From the IMG/VR virus record IMGVR_UViG_3300033489_000031, positions 1 through 37,426 of that record: DNA of 37,426 bases, one strand, 5' to 3'. This document shows positions 16,956-26,058 of the stretch, one piece after another; the first letter of the stretch is position 1; each line of letters begins with the position of its first letter. Below the pieces are notes generated by a model. That model saw nothing but the letters and a program-made list of their open reading frames with translations, was not told the origin of the DNA and did not search any database. Position numbers and translations under genes: made by a program. The DNA is from a virus. Lineage: Duplodnaviria > Caudoviricetes.

Positions 16956-17972
16956 ATGAGTAAAGTAAAGTGCATAGGAATTTCACCAGATATAACAACT
17001 AATTTTCGCAGTGAGTTTTACCTCGAAGAGCAGAAAGCTATTCGTTTACGTGATATAGGTAAGATAAAAATTTTATCACCTTTATCAACTAGCGTAAAAC
17101 CGATTGTAAAAAATATTAATAATAATTATTTAAACAGAGAACGTTTTAACAATAATTTACAAACAAAAATTGCATGGATTCAGGATTATTCTAAAAATGG
17201 TGGTGCAGAACAATCAAATAATTATCTTGTTTCAATAGGTAATGAACTCGGTTTTGATATAGCAGGAGTGACGCCATCTAATTTCAATAAAAATATTCTT
17301 GTTAATGCTCATTTAATAGTAATTAATAATATATTCGAATTTAATTTCGAGCAGATGAATTTTATAAATATGTGTATTTACGAAAAAAGAATTCCATATA
17401 TAAAATATGATCACGATTTACGTGAATTTAAACGGATAAATGTATCATTACAATTGTTTACATTATCAAAATTAAACGTGTTTATTTCGCCATTGCATTT
17501 AGATTTAGCATTAAATTCAATCGGAAATCACATTAAAAATTATTCTATATGTTTACCTTTGGCAATTGATACACATTTTTATAAAATTAATGAAAGTATT
17601 AAACGTGAACAAAATTCAGTTTTCGTTCCCAGTTTCAGGAAGTGCGGTTGCAATATAAGCGAGTTTGTACAGAATAATCAGGATAAAAAATATTTTATAA
17701 TTGGTGATAATACATTAAATGTAAACGGTAATGTGCAATTTTTAACAAATCAATCATCAATTGAAATGACAAATTGGTATAATAAATGCGAATATATGTT
17801 ACATTTACCTGTTAATAATTGGGCGGGAGAGAGAATTTATTTTGAATCAATACTATGTGGATGTAAACCAATAGTGAATGAAAATGTTGGACATTCGCAC
17901 TGGAAAACATATAATTTAAAACAATCATTATACGATTTTTGGAGGTATGTTGAACAATGCAGTACTCATTAG
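16956..17972 (+). CDS. GT-B glycosyltransferase (GT4-like) with N-terminal accessory motif
   Basis: WIQD....GGAEQS; ERIYFESILCGCKPIVNENVG. Confidence 0.82.
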   Translation: MSKVKCIGISPDITTNFRSEFYLEEQKAIRLRDIGKIKILSPLSTSVKPIVKNINNNYLNRERFNNNLQTKIAWIQDYSKNGGAEQSNNYLVSIGNELGFDIAGVTPSNFNKNILVNAHLIVINNIFEFNFEQMNFINMCIYEKRIPYIKYDHDLREFKRINVSLQLFTLSKLNVFISPLHLDLALNSIGNHIKNYSICLPLAIDTHFYKINESIKREQNSVFVPSFRKCGCNISEFVQNNQDKKYFIIGDNTLNVNGNVQFLTNQSSIEMTNWYNKCEYMLHLPVNNWAGERIYFESILCGCKPIVNENVGHSHWKTYNLKQSLYDFWRYVEQCSTH

Positions 17973-18214
17973 TTGATGCGATTTTGATCGGAATGTTTGC
18001 TTTTGTTATGTTAATTCTTAAAGATGTTATTTGCAAAATAATAACTGCAAAATTTTTTGTCGAAAACAGATTTTATGAACAAACATTAAATTTAATACAG
18101 GATAAGGTCAACATTTATAGTAATCAACTAACGGGACTGAAAACAGATATTGATTGGGTAAAAATAAATATCCACGAAATAAAGGAATCGCTGAAAAATG
18201 TCACCACAAAATGA
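17957..18214 (+). CDS. Small membrane protein, N-terminal TM + coiled coil (holin/XhlA-like candidate)
   Basis: Hydrophobic AILIGMFAFVMLIL segment; GGAGG RBS. Confidence 0.45.
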   Translation: MQYSLVDAILIGMFAFVMLILKDVICKIITAKFFVENRFYEQTLNLIQDKVNIYSNQLTGLKTDIDWVKINIHEIKESLKNVTTK

Positions 18215-18962
18215 GATTATAGCTGTATGTGAAATCATTGACCCGCAATGGAAGGAGAAACAACCAGGTAATGAATTCAGAACAACTTTACGTAAAGCAA
18301 AGGATTTGGAAAGGAAAAAAATAGTTAAAATCAAGGAAATTGTAAATAAAAATGATCACAAATTTAAATTTACAAATGAAAAAATTGAAAAAGAAAATAT
18401 TTTTTTTCAATCATTCATACCTTATTATCCTAATAAAAAAATAGGGTATTGCTATAACAAAATTATGAATGAATGTAAATATGAATGGATTTTACTAATT
18501 GATCATGATGTTTATCTTGCTTTGAACCCATTCTGGTATGATATTTGTGTCAATGCAATTAATAAATGTGGTTCTGATGCCGGTTGGATAACGTGTTATA
18601 CGAACCGCATTAAATGTAAATTTCAACGAGCACCAAATATCGACGAAAATAACAATGATATTCTTTATCATAGACAATACGCAAAAGAACTATATTATAA
18701 AAATAATGGAAAACTTCTTGATTACACAAACATTGCGGGAGGTCAATTTTCAGGTTTTTTTATTCTTACCAGTAGAAAAGCATGGCAAACTGTCGGCGGA
18801 TTTAACGAGGAAGGTTTTTTTACTGTTGACAATACCTATTTTTCGGATTTAAAAAACGCAGGATTTAAATTAATCGTTATGTCTGATTTATATGTATATC
18901 ACGGATATTTCAGGGATTCAATTAATAATACATTTTCGAATGGAGTAAATAATGAAATGTAA
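18198..18962 (+). CDS. GT-A glycosyltransferase (GT2-like) with N-terminal accessory motif
   Basis: WILLIDHD (DxD); SRKAWQTVGGFNE; VYH. Confidence 0.88.
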   Translation: MSPQNEIIAVCEIIDPQWKEKQPGNEFRTTLRKAKDLERKKIVKIKEIVNKNDHKFKFTNEKIEKENIFFQSFIPYYPNKKIGYCYNKIMNECKYEWILLIDHDVYLALNPFWYDICVNAINKCGSDAGWITCYTNRIKCKFQRAPNIDENNNDILYHRQYAKELYYKNNGKLLDYTNIAGGQFSGFFILTSRKAWQTVGGFNEEGFFTVDNTYFSDLKNAGFKLIVMSDLYVYHGYFRDSINNTFSNGVNNEM

Positions 18963-19209
18963 ATTAATCGATTCGGTGCAGATTGTACTTGATACTAAAT
19001 TTGGTGCTGTGTATGGTAGTACATGGGTAAAACCATCAGCTTGCATACAAATTGAAAAAAATACTGAATGTCAAATTTTAAAAGAAGGGGAATTATTTAA
19101 TTCTATTTCAGTAGATATTTCAACTAATTTTAATGTAAAGAAAAGTAAAAATGATTCTCGTTTTACATTTATTGTTGAAGTTCCGTCAAAATTATGTCAA
19201 AAACTATAA
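18952..19209 (+). CDS. Hypothetical protein (85 aa)
   Basis: GGAG RBS; overlapping neighbours. Confidence 0.65.
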   Translation: MKCKLIDSVQIVLDTKFGAVYGSTWVKPSACIQIEKNTECQILKEGELFNSISVDISTNFNVKKSKNDSRFTFIVEVPSKLCQKL

Positions 19210-20123
19210 TTTATTTTAAACATGGCATTGGAAACATGATTATGTTTAGTCCTGCAATTCAGGCAATGGCTAGTATTGATGAATCAAAAAAAGTTGACAT
19301 ATGTTTAGATTCGGAATGGAACGATCAAAGACGATCAATGTACGATGAATATTTCAAAAATTGTCCATTTGTTAATAATATAATAAATTATCCAAAACAG
19401 GATATTATTAACAATTATAACATATGGTTCTACACAGGACATGCCGAAAATTCAGATGCATTACAAAAATTTAGACAAAAGAGAATAATAAAACTTGATG
19501 TACCTAACTGGAGAGAAAGCAAATTACATGAGATTATATGGTACATGCTTCATACGTTTAATTATGGTTATAGAGGTGAAATACCTAAACAATTCTCTCC
19601 AGTTTCCGCAAACAAAATTTTGCAGAAAGAGAACGATTTTAAATACATAGGTTTATGTGATGGCACTTTTGATTATAGAATGAAGGGAGCGAAGCAATAC
19701 CCATACTTTAAACAGCTAAATGATTCTATAAAAAATTATTATCCTAATGTAAAAACAGTAAAAATTGGTTATCTTAATGAACTTGAAGACGTTGATGCTG
19801 ATTTTGATTTTGTAAATAAATTAGGATATTTGGACAATGCACAATTAATATCTGAATTAGATTTTTTGATTACAACTGATTCGGGTAATATGCATATTGC
19901 CGATACACTTGATGTGCCTATGCTTGTTTTATTCGGAGGTTCACTAGTTTCTAAAAATGCTCCTATAAGTAAAAAATCGGATATACTTAAATTAAATTTA
20001 GAATGTCAACCATGCCAAGGAATGCCATGTTTTAGTGAATGTACTCATCACGATTGTATGTACAAAATGGAATCTAATTTAGTTATGAGCAAATTACGGA
20101 GGTTACTAAATGATATCGTATAG
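19194..20123 (+). CDS. GT9 family (heptosyltransferase-like) glycosyltransferase
   Basis: GIGNMIM..PAI; ITTDSGNMHIA..L.VPMLVLFG; C-terminal CQPC...C...CM. Confidence 0.92.
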   Translation: MSKTIIYFKHGIGNMIMFSPAIQAMASIDESKKVDICLDSEWNDQRRSMYDEYFKNCPFVNNIINYPKQDIINNYNIWFYTGHAENSDALQKFRQKRIIKLDVPNWRESKLHEIIWYMLHTFNYGYRGEIPKQFSPVSANKILQKENDFKYIGLCDGTFDYRMKGAKQYPYFKQLNDSIKNYYPNVKTVKIGYLNELEDVDADFDFVNKLGYLDNAQLISELDFLITTDSGNMHIADTLDVPMLVLFGGSLVSKNAPISKKSDILKLNLECQPCQGMPCFSECTHHDCMYKMESNLVMSKLRRLLNDIV

Positions 20124-20865
20124 TTTTGACCATTTTTATGAAGATCTTATGACACATATCAAGAATAAAATTCCATTTTCTCATATCCGTTTTGGTGACG
20201 GTGACGGGATTGTTATAGGTTATCCTGAATTTACAAATGAGATTAGGACAAAACAACGGTGGGATAAATGGTTAGGAAATACTAATATTAATATGAAAGA
20301 ATTTGCAATAAAAATTCGTGATTCGGTAAAAAATTGTGATATTTTAGGTATTCCATGCAAAAGACATTTATTAATAAACAAGGATTGGAGAAATGTATTA
20401 ACATTTGTAAATAAATATAATTTATTGACAAATGATCAAAAAATTTGTTGTATGGATTGTGTTTTAGAATTACAAAAGAGACATTTATTCGGTGAAATTA
20501 TTAGTTACTTTGACGAGATTTATTGTATAACATGCAGAAATGTTAGAGGTAAACTTGAAGAAATTTATAAAAAAAATGTAGTTGTTTTTGAATTACCACC
20601 ACAAAATGTCCCTTTTATGGGGGAAGTATTGACCAATGAGCCTCATTATCCAAATCGTTTCAAGGCTTTTGGTTCATGGATTAATAAAATTGAACCATAT
20701 AAAAAATTGTTTTTAGTAGGAGCAGGAGGTTTAGGAAAAATATATTGTTCAGCAATTAAAAATCTAGGAGGAATTGTTCTTGATATTGGTTCAATTTTTG
20801 ATGGATGGGCTGGACTTGGTACTCGTTCTCATTTGAGAAAAGAAATTGAAGTTTATAAATTATGA
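20110..20865 (+). CDS. GT-D fold-like (DUF1792-type) glycosyltransferase, paralogue 1
   Basis: FSHIRFGDGD; LFLVGAGGLGKIYC...LDIGS.FD. Confidence 0.78.
   Translation: MISYSFDHFYEDLMTHIKNKIPFSHIRFGDGDGIVIGYPEFTNEIRTKQRWDKWLGNTNINMKEFAIKIRDSVKNCDILGIPCKRHLLINKDWRNVLTFVNKYNLLTNDQKICCMDCVLELQKRHLFGEIISYFDEIYCITCRNVRGKLEEIYKKNVVVFELPPQNVPFMGEVLTNEPHYPNRFKAFGSWINKIEPYKKLFLVGAGGLGKIYCSAIKNLGGIVLDIGSIFDGWAGLGTRSHLRKEIEVYKL
20716..20809 (+). repeat. 94-nt segment similar to 21709-21802 (GT-D paralogue C-termini)
   Basis: Shared GTAGGAGCAGGAGGT, GGAAAAATATATTGT, CTTGATATTGGTTCA, GATGGATGGG blocks at equal spacing. Confidence 0.8.
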
Positions 20866-21104
20866 AAATTGCAGTATATTCTAATAATGATTATGAATTT
20901 TTTAATATTAATATCTCAAATGTTCGTAATATACACAATGGCGATATTTTATTTCTAAAATCTTGTAGTGAAAGGGATAAAATACCTGAAAAGTACAATA
21001 ATAAATTTTTTAAAGTAAAATTTCATGTTTTTAAAATGTGTGGTGAAACTTCTCTGTATACTGATTGTTTAATTTTGGAGTTATATGATTTATTCAAATT
21101 TTAG
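20862..21104 (+). CDS. Hypothetical protein (80 aa)
   Basis: ATGA overlap; fills operon gap. Confidence 0.6.
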   Translation: MKIAVYSNNDYEFFNINISNVRNIHNGDILFLKSCSERDKIPEKYNNKFFKVKFHVFKMCGETSLYTDCLILELYDLFKF

Positions 21105-21858
21105 TACATTAAAATTTACTCTGTTAAAATTTGCAAAAGAGAAAAAACATTTCTCTTTATTGAGGCTTGGTGATAGTGAGTATACTATTTTGTCAAATAA
21201 GAAAAAACGAACAGAACGTTTCAATCGTTGGTTTAATGTAACAAAACTTCCTGAATACAGTAAACATATTTTGAGTTTATCAAACCAAATTTTTAGGGCG
21301 TATCAGCATGCAGATTTTATCGGTATGCCGTCGTTTTATCAGTTACGCTATTTAAAATTTAGAAATATTGAGGGATTTTGTCGAAAAAACAGTATAATAG
21401 CTACAGATAAAATGATATTTGATTTTAACATATTACCATACTTTCATGCACAAGGATTGATAAAAGAACTGATTTGTCTTTATGATAAAATAATTTTGGT
21501 AACATCAAGGAATGTAAAGGAAAAATTTTCCGAATTTTTTAACGTTGAAAACGTTGAACAAATCCTAATTCCACCGGAAAGTTTTATTTACCTTAAATAT
21601 TCGAATACAATTGATGAAATAGTTAGAAATAAAAATTGTGTTCACTACCCTGATTTATTTCACAATATTAGAAGCAAAATAGATAAATATCGAGATACTT
21701 TATTTCTTGTAGGAGCAGGAGGTCTGGGAAAAATATATTGTGATTTAGCAAAAATTAGAGGAAATGCCGCACTTGATATTGGTTCATTATTCGATGGATG
21801 GGGAGGTTTTATAACAAGACCATATTTACAAAAAGGTATCATGAAGTTTAAATTATGA
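21085..21858 (+). CDS. GT-D fold-like glycosyltransferase, paralogue 2
   Basis: FSLLRLGDSE; LFLVGAGGLGKIYC...LDIGSLFDGW. Confidence 0.78.
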   Translation: MIYSNFSTLKFTLLKFAKEKKHFSLLRLGDSEYTILSNKKKRTERFNRWFNVTKLPEYSKHILSLSNQIFRAYQHADFIGMPSFYQLRYLKFRNIEGFCRKNSIIATDKMIFDFNILPYFHAQGLIKELICLYDKIILVTSRNVKEKFSEFFNVENVEQILIPPESFIYLKYSNTIDEIVRNKNCVHYPDLFHNIRSKIDKYRDTLFLVGAGGLGKIYCDLAKIRGNAALDIGSLFDGWGGFITRPYLQKGIMKFKL

Positions 21859-22586
21859 TTTATAATAAAATTAATATTATGTTACCGACGTACAATAGAG
21901 TCGGTAATGGAAAATTACCAAGATTTGTTGAATCAATTATGAAAACTGCTTCCAGTTTAGATAATATTGTGTTTTCTTTTTTAGTAAACTATAATGATCA
22001 ATCAACAATCGATTATATACGCGGTCTGAAAGATTTACAACGATGTATACTAATTAATAAGGATATAAATGTTCCACATCTTGGGAGTTTTTACAATAAA
22101 TTATATAATCAAACAACATTTAAAAATGATAACTACATAGTAAGCATGCTTGGTGATGATATGGTTTTTAATACCAAAGATTCCGATTTAAAAATCATTG
22201 ATAAAGTAAACAAGTATAACGGTATAGGTGTTTTTTATTGTAATGACGGAAATTTAAAAAATAGAATGTGTGTAAATATCTTTACAACGAGAAAATTTGT
22301 GAATATAACAACGAAACCGTTTATGTGCGAAATTTTTAGAGCATACTTTATTGATACGGTATGGTTCAAATTAGGTCAAAAAACGAATACTTTACACTAT
22401 CTAGACGATATACTTATTCAACATGCGCATTATACTAAAACTGGAGAAAAGGATGCGACTTCTAAAAATCTTGACAAAGTTAAAATGAATTTTAAGGCAG
22501 CATATATTCTTGTAGATAATTATGTTAATTCAATTTTACCAATTGTACAGAGGAATCTAAAAAATGCAGTGTGCAATAAGTTTTAG
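21855..22586 (+). CDS. GT-A glycosyltransferase (GT2-like)
   Basis: NIMLPTYNR; MLGDDMVF; IQHAH. Confidence 0.8.
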   Translation: MIYNKINIMLPTYNRVGNGKLPRFVESIMKTASSLDNIVFSFLVNYNDQSTIDYIRGLKDLQRCILINKDINVPHLGSFYNKLYNQTTFKNDNYIVSMLGDDMVFNTKDSDLKIIDKVNKYNGIGVFYCNDGNLKNRMCVNIFTTRKFVNITTKPFMCEIFRAYFIDTVWFKLGQKTNTLHYLDDILIQHAHYTKTGEKDATSKNLDKVKMNFKAAYILVDNYVNSILPIVQRNLKNAVCNKF

Positions 22587-23208
22587 TCTTTATGGATTAA
22601 ATCCGATTTATGTAAATGGAGCAATAGCAAATTCTGCATTATATAAAAAAATATATCCTGCATGGAAATGCATCATGTATGTTGATAAAAATCAAAATAA
22701 GAACACTATTAATAGACTAGAAAAAAATGATGTGATAGTAAAAATAATTAATAGATCACTACTAAGCGGTATGTTTTGGAGATTGTATGCTCTGTGTGAT
22801 AGTTTTTTTACATATTGTATTATTAGAGACTGTGATAGTAGATTAAATTTACGGGAATATTATGCCGTAAAAGAATGGTTAAAATCTGGTAAAGAAGTTC
22901 ATATCATTAAAGACCACAAAAATCATACCGCACCTATTATGGGGGGTATGTGGGGAATGAAATATGAAACGATACGGAATTTTGCTGATCTCCTCGATGA
23001 AGTTATCGAAAAGTATGAAAATAAAAAAATTTCAAATAAAATTGGTAAACACCTTTACGGTGATCAACTTTTTTTAAAGGAAGAAATATATCCGTTAATT
23101 AAAGAAAAATGTTTGATTCATACTAGTAAAAATTTAAAATATAAATTACCTAATAATGGTTTTATTGGACAAATTTATAGTGCCAAAGGGATACCGCGAA
23201 ATGTTTAA
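22564..23208 (+). CDS. Putative GT-A glycosyltransferase
   Basis: ISFSLYG, MFWR, IIRDCDSR (DxD), IMGGMWG, DQLFL; operon context. Confidence 0.6.
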   Translation: MQCAISFSLYGLNPIYVNGAIANSALYKKIYPAWKCIMYVDKNQNKNTINRLEKNDVIVKIINRSLLSGMFWRLYALCDSFFTYCIIRDCDSRLNLREYYAVKEWLKSGKEVHIIKDHKNHTAPIMGGMWGMKYETIRNFADLLDEVIEKYENKKISNKIGKHLYGDQLFLKEEIYPLIKEKCLIHTSKNLKYKLPNNGFIGQIYSAKGIPRNV

Positions 23209-23848
23209 TTATATACAAAATACTTTACAAGAAATAGGAAAAAAATTTAAAACGGATAAAGCAAGTCATCGTTTTAAGGGTATTACATATTTACATATTT
23301 ATGATATTTACCTCAGACATTTAATAGGAAAAAATCCGAATGTATTTGAAATGGGTGTCCTGAATGGTTCATCATTCGCAACGTGGAAAGAATATTTTAA
23401 AAATGCTCATTTATGTGGTTTAGATATTTCTCCAAGTTGTGCAAAACTTCCATTTAAAATTTACATAGGTGAACAATCAAATGAAAAATTGTTAAATAAA
23501 ATAGTTTCGGAGAACGGTTTATTTGATGTGATTATTGATGATTGTAGCCATATTAACGAATTGACAATTAAATCATTTAATTTTTTATGGAAATATGTAA
23601 AACCAAATGGTATTTACATTATAGAGGATTTAGCAAACAGTTATACAAAGGATTTGGGTAAAGATATAAAAAATGGACGTTGGCCGAATATGGATTTACT
23701 TGACAAAAAAATAGTTATGAAAAATGATCGTGCAATAATGAATAAAATATTTTTGAGTATTATAGAACAAATCGACAAACGTTCAGGAACATTTCATTTT
23801 ATACATTTTTGGCCTATGACTTGTGTTATAGGTAAAGTCAAGGGGTAA
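23201..23848 (+). CDS. Class I SAM methyltransferase (MycE-like sugar O-methyltransferase)
   Basis: TDK..H...Y..IY; FEMGV..GSS; FDVIIDDCSH; YIIEDL. Confidence 0.85.
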   Translation: MFNYIQNTLQEIGKKFKTDKASHRFKGITYLHIYDIYLRHLIGKNPNVFEMGVLNGSSFATWKEYFKNAHLCGLDISPSCAKLPFKIYIGEQSNEKLLNKIVSENGLFDVIIDDCSHINELTIKSFNFLWKYVKPNGIYIIEDLANSYTKDLGKDIKNGRWPNMDLLDKKIVMKNDRAIMNKIFLSIIEQIDKRSGTFHFIHFWPMTCVIGKVKG

Positions 23849-23850
23849 AT

Positions 23851-24432
23851 ATGATTAATTTTAATCAAACGTGTTCTAGTCATATGGCAATCATAATTGA
23901 GTTTTTAAAATTAGTTAAACCGTTACGTATTTTAGAATTTGGAACAGGACTATTTAGTACTGATGTATTTTTGAAAAACTGTGATAACGTTACCAGCATT
24001 GAAACGTGTCGTGAATGGCATGATCTTATAAAAATGAGATTTTGTCAATACTCGGATTGGAAATTAAAATTAATCGAATCGCCTTTAAATTATTTAAAAA
24101 AGATGCGGTTTAAATACGGCTTAATTTTTATTGATACTGCGGAATTACTTAGAGCAGATTTAATTAATGAATCATTTAAACATGCAGATAGTATTATTGT
24201 TCATGATTCACAGTTACATTTCATGAATAAAGTTAATCTGCCTGAAATTTTTAAAATAATCCGTTTTACGAAATTTCCTATCAAGTATAAAAATTTTAGG
24301 AAAGATGCTGCAGATCAACGACCTTGGACTTCGTTAATTAGTTGTAACAATACAGTTATAAACCATTTTAAAAATGAAAATGAAAATGAACTGTACAATA
24401 CATATAAATTTCCGTATGGGATTAATGAATGA
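23851..24432 (+). CDS. Class I SAM methyltransferase-like protein
   Basis: ILEFGTGLFST; VTSIE...W; LIFID; IIVHDS. Confidence 0.75.
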   Translation: MINFNQTCSSHMAIIIEFLKLVKPLRILEFGTGLFSTDVFLKNCDNVTSIETCREWHDLIKMRFCQYSDWKLKLIESPLNYLKKMRFKYGLIFIDTAELLRADLINESFKHADSIIVHDSQLHFMNKVNLPEIFKIIRFTKFPIKYKNFRKDAADQRPWTSLISCNNTVINHFKNENENELYNTYKFPYGINE

Positions 24433-25226
24433 ATATCATACTAAGTGCTAGTGATAATTATTATTTGGATATTGCACCTATCACTTGTTTTGCATGGAAA
24501 AAATTATTTCCTAACATTAAATTACATTTAGGAATTATAACGAATGATCCTTTTATATACAATAATTATATTGAAAATATGAAGTTATTGTTCGAAGATT
24601 ATTGTGACACACTTAAAATATATTACAACACGCTACCAAAAGTAAATTTTAGAATTCAGGCAAAAATGGTGCGTTTTCATTTAGCAACACAGTTAGAAAA
24701 TGATGAAATTTGTATGCTTAACGACATAGATTTAATACCATTGAATGCGAATTATTATATCAGCAAATTGAAAAACTGGAAAGAGACCGCAATTCTTGGA
24801 ATCGGTGGAAACGTTTATAGAAATGGAAAATTTCCAATTGCTTATATGACCGGAAAATCGTTTATGTTCAAAAAACTTTTTGGTGCAGGTATGTCATTCG
24901 ATAAATTTTTAGCACAATGGTTTAATATTGAAAAACCTATAGATAAAAAAGAAAGTGTTTTAAATTCATTCGACGGATTTTCAGATGAGTCATTAATTCG
25001 TTACATGGCATTGAAGAATAAAGTATCGTTACAACATATTGATAAAACGTTTATACCTGGTGTAGATTCAATTACAAAAATGCATAAACTGGATGAGAAT
25101 AAATTAAAATGTGGTAAATATATTGAAGCTCATCATCTCCTTCCAGTTTATGAAAATTTACAAAAGATAAATAAAGTCTGTGAGTATTTAGATTATGAAT
25201 ATTGTTCTTATACAAGCAAAAGGTAA
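24429..25226 (+). CDS. Putative GT-A glycosyltransferase
   Basis: MLNDIDLIPL (DxD); FSDE; operon context. Confidence 0.55.
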   Translation: MNIILSASDNYYLDIAPITCFAWKKLFPNIKLHLGIITNDPFIYNNYIENMKLLFEDYCDTLKIYYNTLPKVNFRIQAKMVRFHLATQLENDEICMLNDIDLIPLNANYYISKLKNWKETAILGIGGNVYRNGKFPIAYMTGKSFMFKKLFGAGMSFDKFLAQWFNIEKPIDKKESVLNSFDGFSDESLIRYMALKNKVSLQHIDKTFIPGVDSITKMHKLDENKLKCGKYIEAHHLLPVYENLQKINKVCEYLDYEYCSYTSKR

Positions 25227-26058
25227 GCATTTAAAAAACGAGAATTTCAGGGAGATTCTTTGTTTTGAACGTGCATTTAAAATCATTGCTCCTGAACATA
25301 ATTATTATATATGGGGTCAGGGATTTACTACAACATTTTTAAGTGCATTAAAACCAGATGTTATTTTTGTACTGGAAAATTACGATAGAGAAAACTGGAT
25401 ACCCGATTTGTCAAAATTTAATTGTTTAAAAATATTCTGGTGTATCGATGCTCATTGTACATTCGCGAGACAATTTGCATTCTGTAAAAAACATAAATTT
25501 AATATTGTTTTGCATTCAACGGCATATTATGTAAATAAATTTAAACCAGTTTGTAAAAATAATATCTGGTTTCCGAATTGTTATGACGATACACTGATAG
25601 ATTTTTTACCTAATGTAAAAAAACAATTTGATGTTGGTTTTTGCGGTAATTTAATCAAAGACCGAAAAAAATGGCTAGATACAATAGATAGATATGTTAA
25701 ATGTAAACGTGATATTTTTATAATTGGTGATGAAATGGTAAAAGCAATTAATTCATATAAAATACACTGGAATAAAAATTATAGTATTGATTTAAACTAT
25801 CGAACGTTTGAAACTTTGGGATGTAAAACTTGTTTGTTGACAAATCAAACTAACAGGATAGACGATTTATTTACAATCAATAAACATTTATTTACTTATA
25901 ACACAACAAATGATTGCATAGATAAAATAAAATTTTTGTTAAATAACGAGAAAATTAGATTAGATAGTGCACAAGCTGGTTATCTTCATGTAAAATCCGA
26001 ACATACGTATAAAAACAGGGCAAACGAATTACTTAAAATGATTGCGAGTAGAATATGA
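25195..26058 (+). CDS. GT-B glycosyltransferase (CgeB/YkvP-like)
   Basis: DVGFCG; NYRTFETLGC...LLT; HTYKNRA. Confidence 0.85.
   Translation: MNIVLIQAKGKHLKNENFREILCFERAFKIIAPEHNYYIWGQGFTTTFLSALKPDVIFVLENYDRENWIPDLSKFNCLKIFWCIDAHCTFARQFAFCKKHKFNIVLHSTAYYVNKFKPVCKNNIWFPNCYDDTLIDFLPNVKKQFDVGFCGNLIKDRKKWLDTIDRYVKCKRDIFIIGDEMVKAINSYKIHWNKNYSIDLNYRTFETLGCKTCLLTNQTNRIDDLFTINKHLFTYNTTNDCIDKIKFLLNNEKIRLDSAQAGYLHVKSEHTYKNRANELLKMIASRI

Noticed and set aside
20716-21802. Diversity-generating retroelement TR/VR pair
   Set aside because: Both copies are coding paralogue segments, differences are not adenine-specific and no reverse transcriptase is present.
16956-26058. GT block as DNA hypermodification system
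   Set aside because: No hydroxymethylase, TET/JBP, nucleotide kinase or polymerase seen, and it lies in the late structural operon. Disfavoured rather than excluded, since the genome may be partial.
16956-26058. GT block as gtrABC-type serotype conversion or a captured host LPS locus
   Set aside because: No flippase, polytopic membrane GT, sugar-synthesis genes or separate consensus promoter; genes are overlap-coupled to the adaptor gene.
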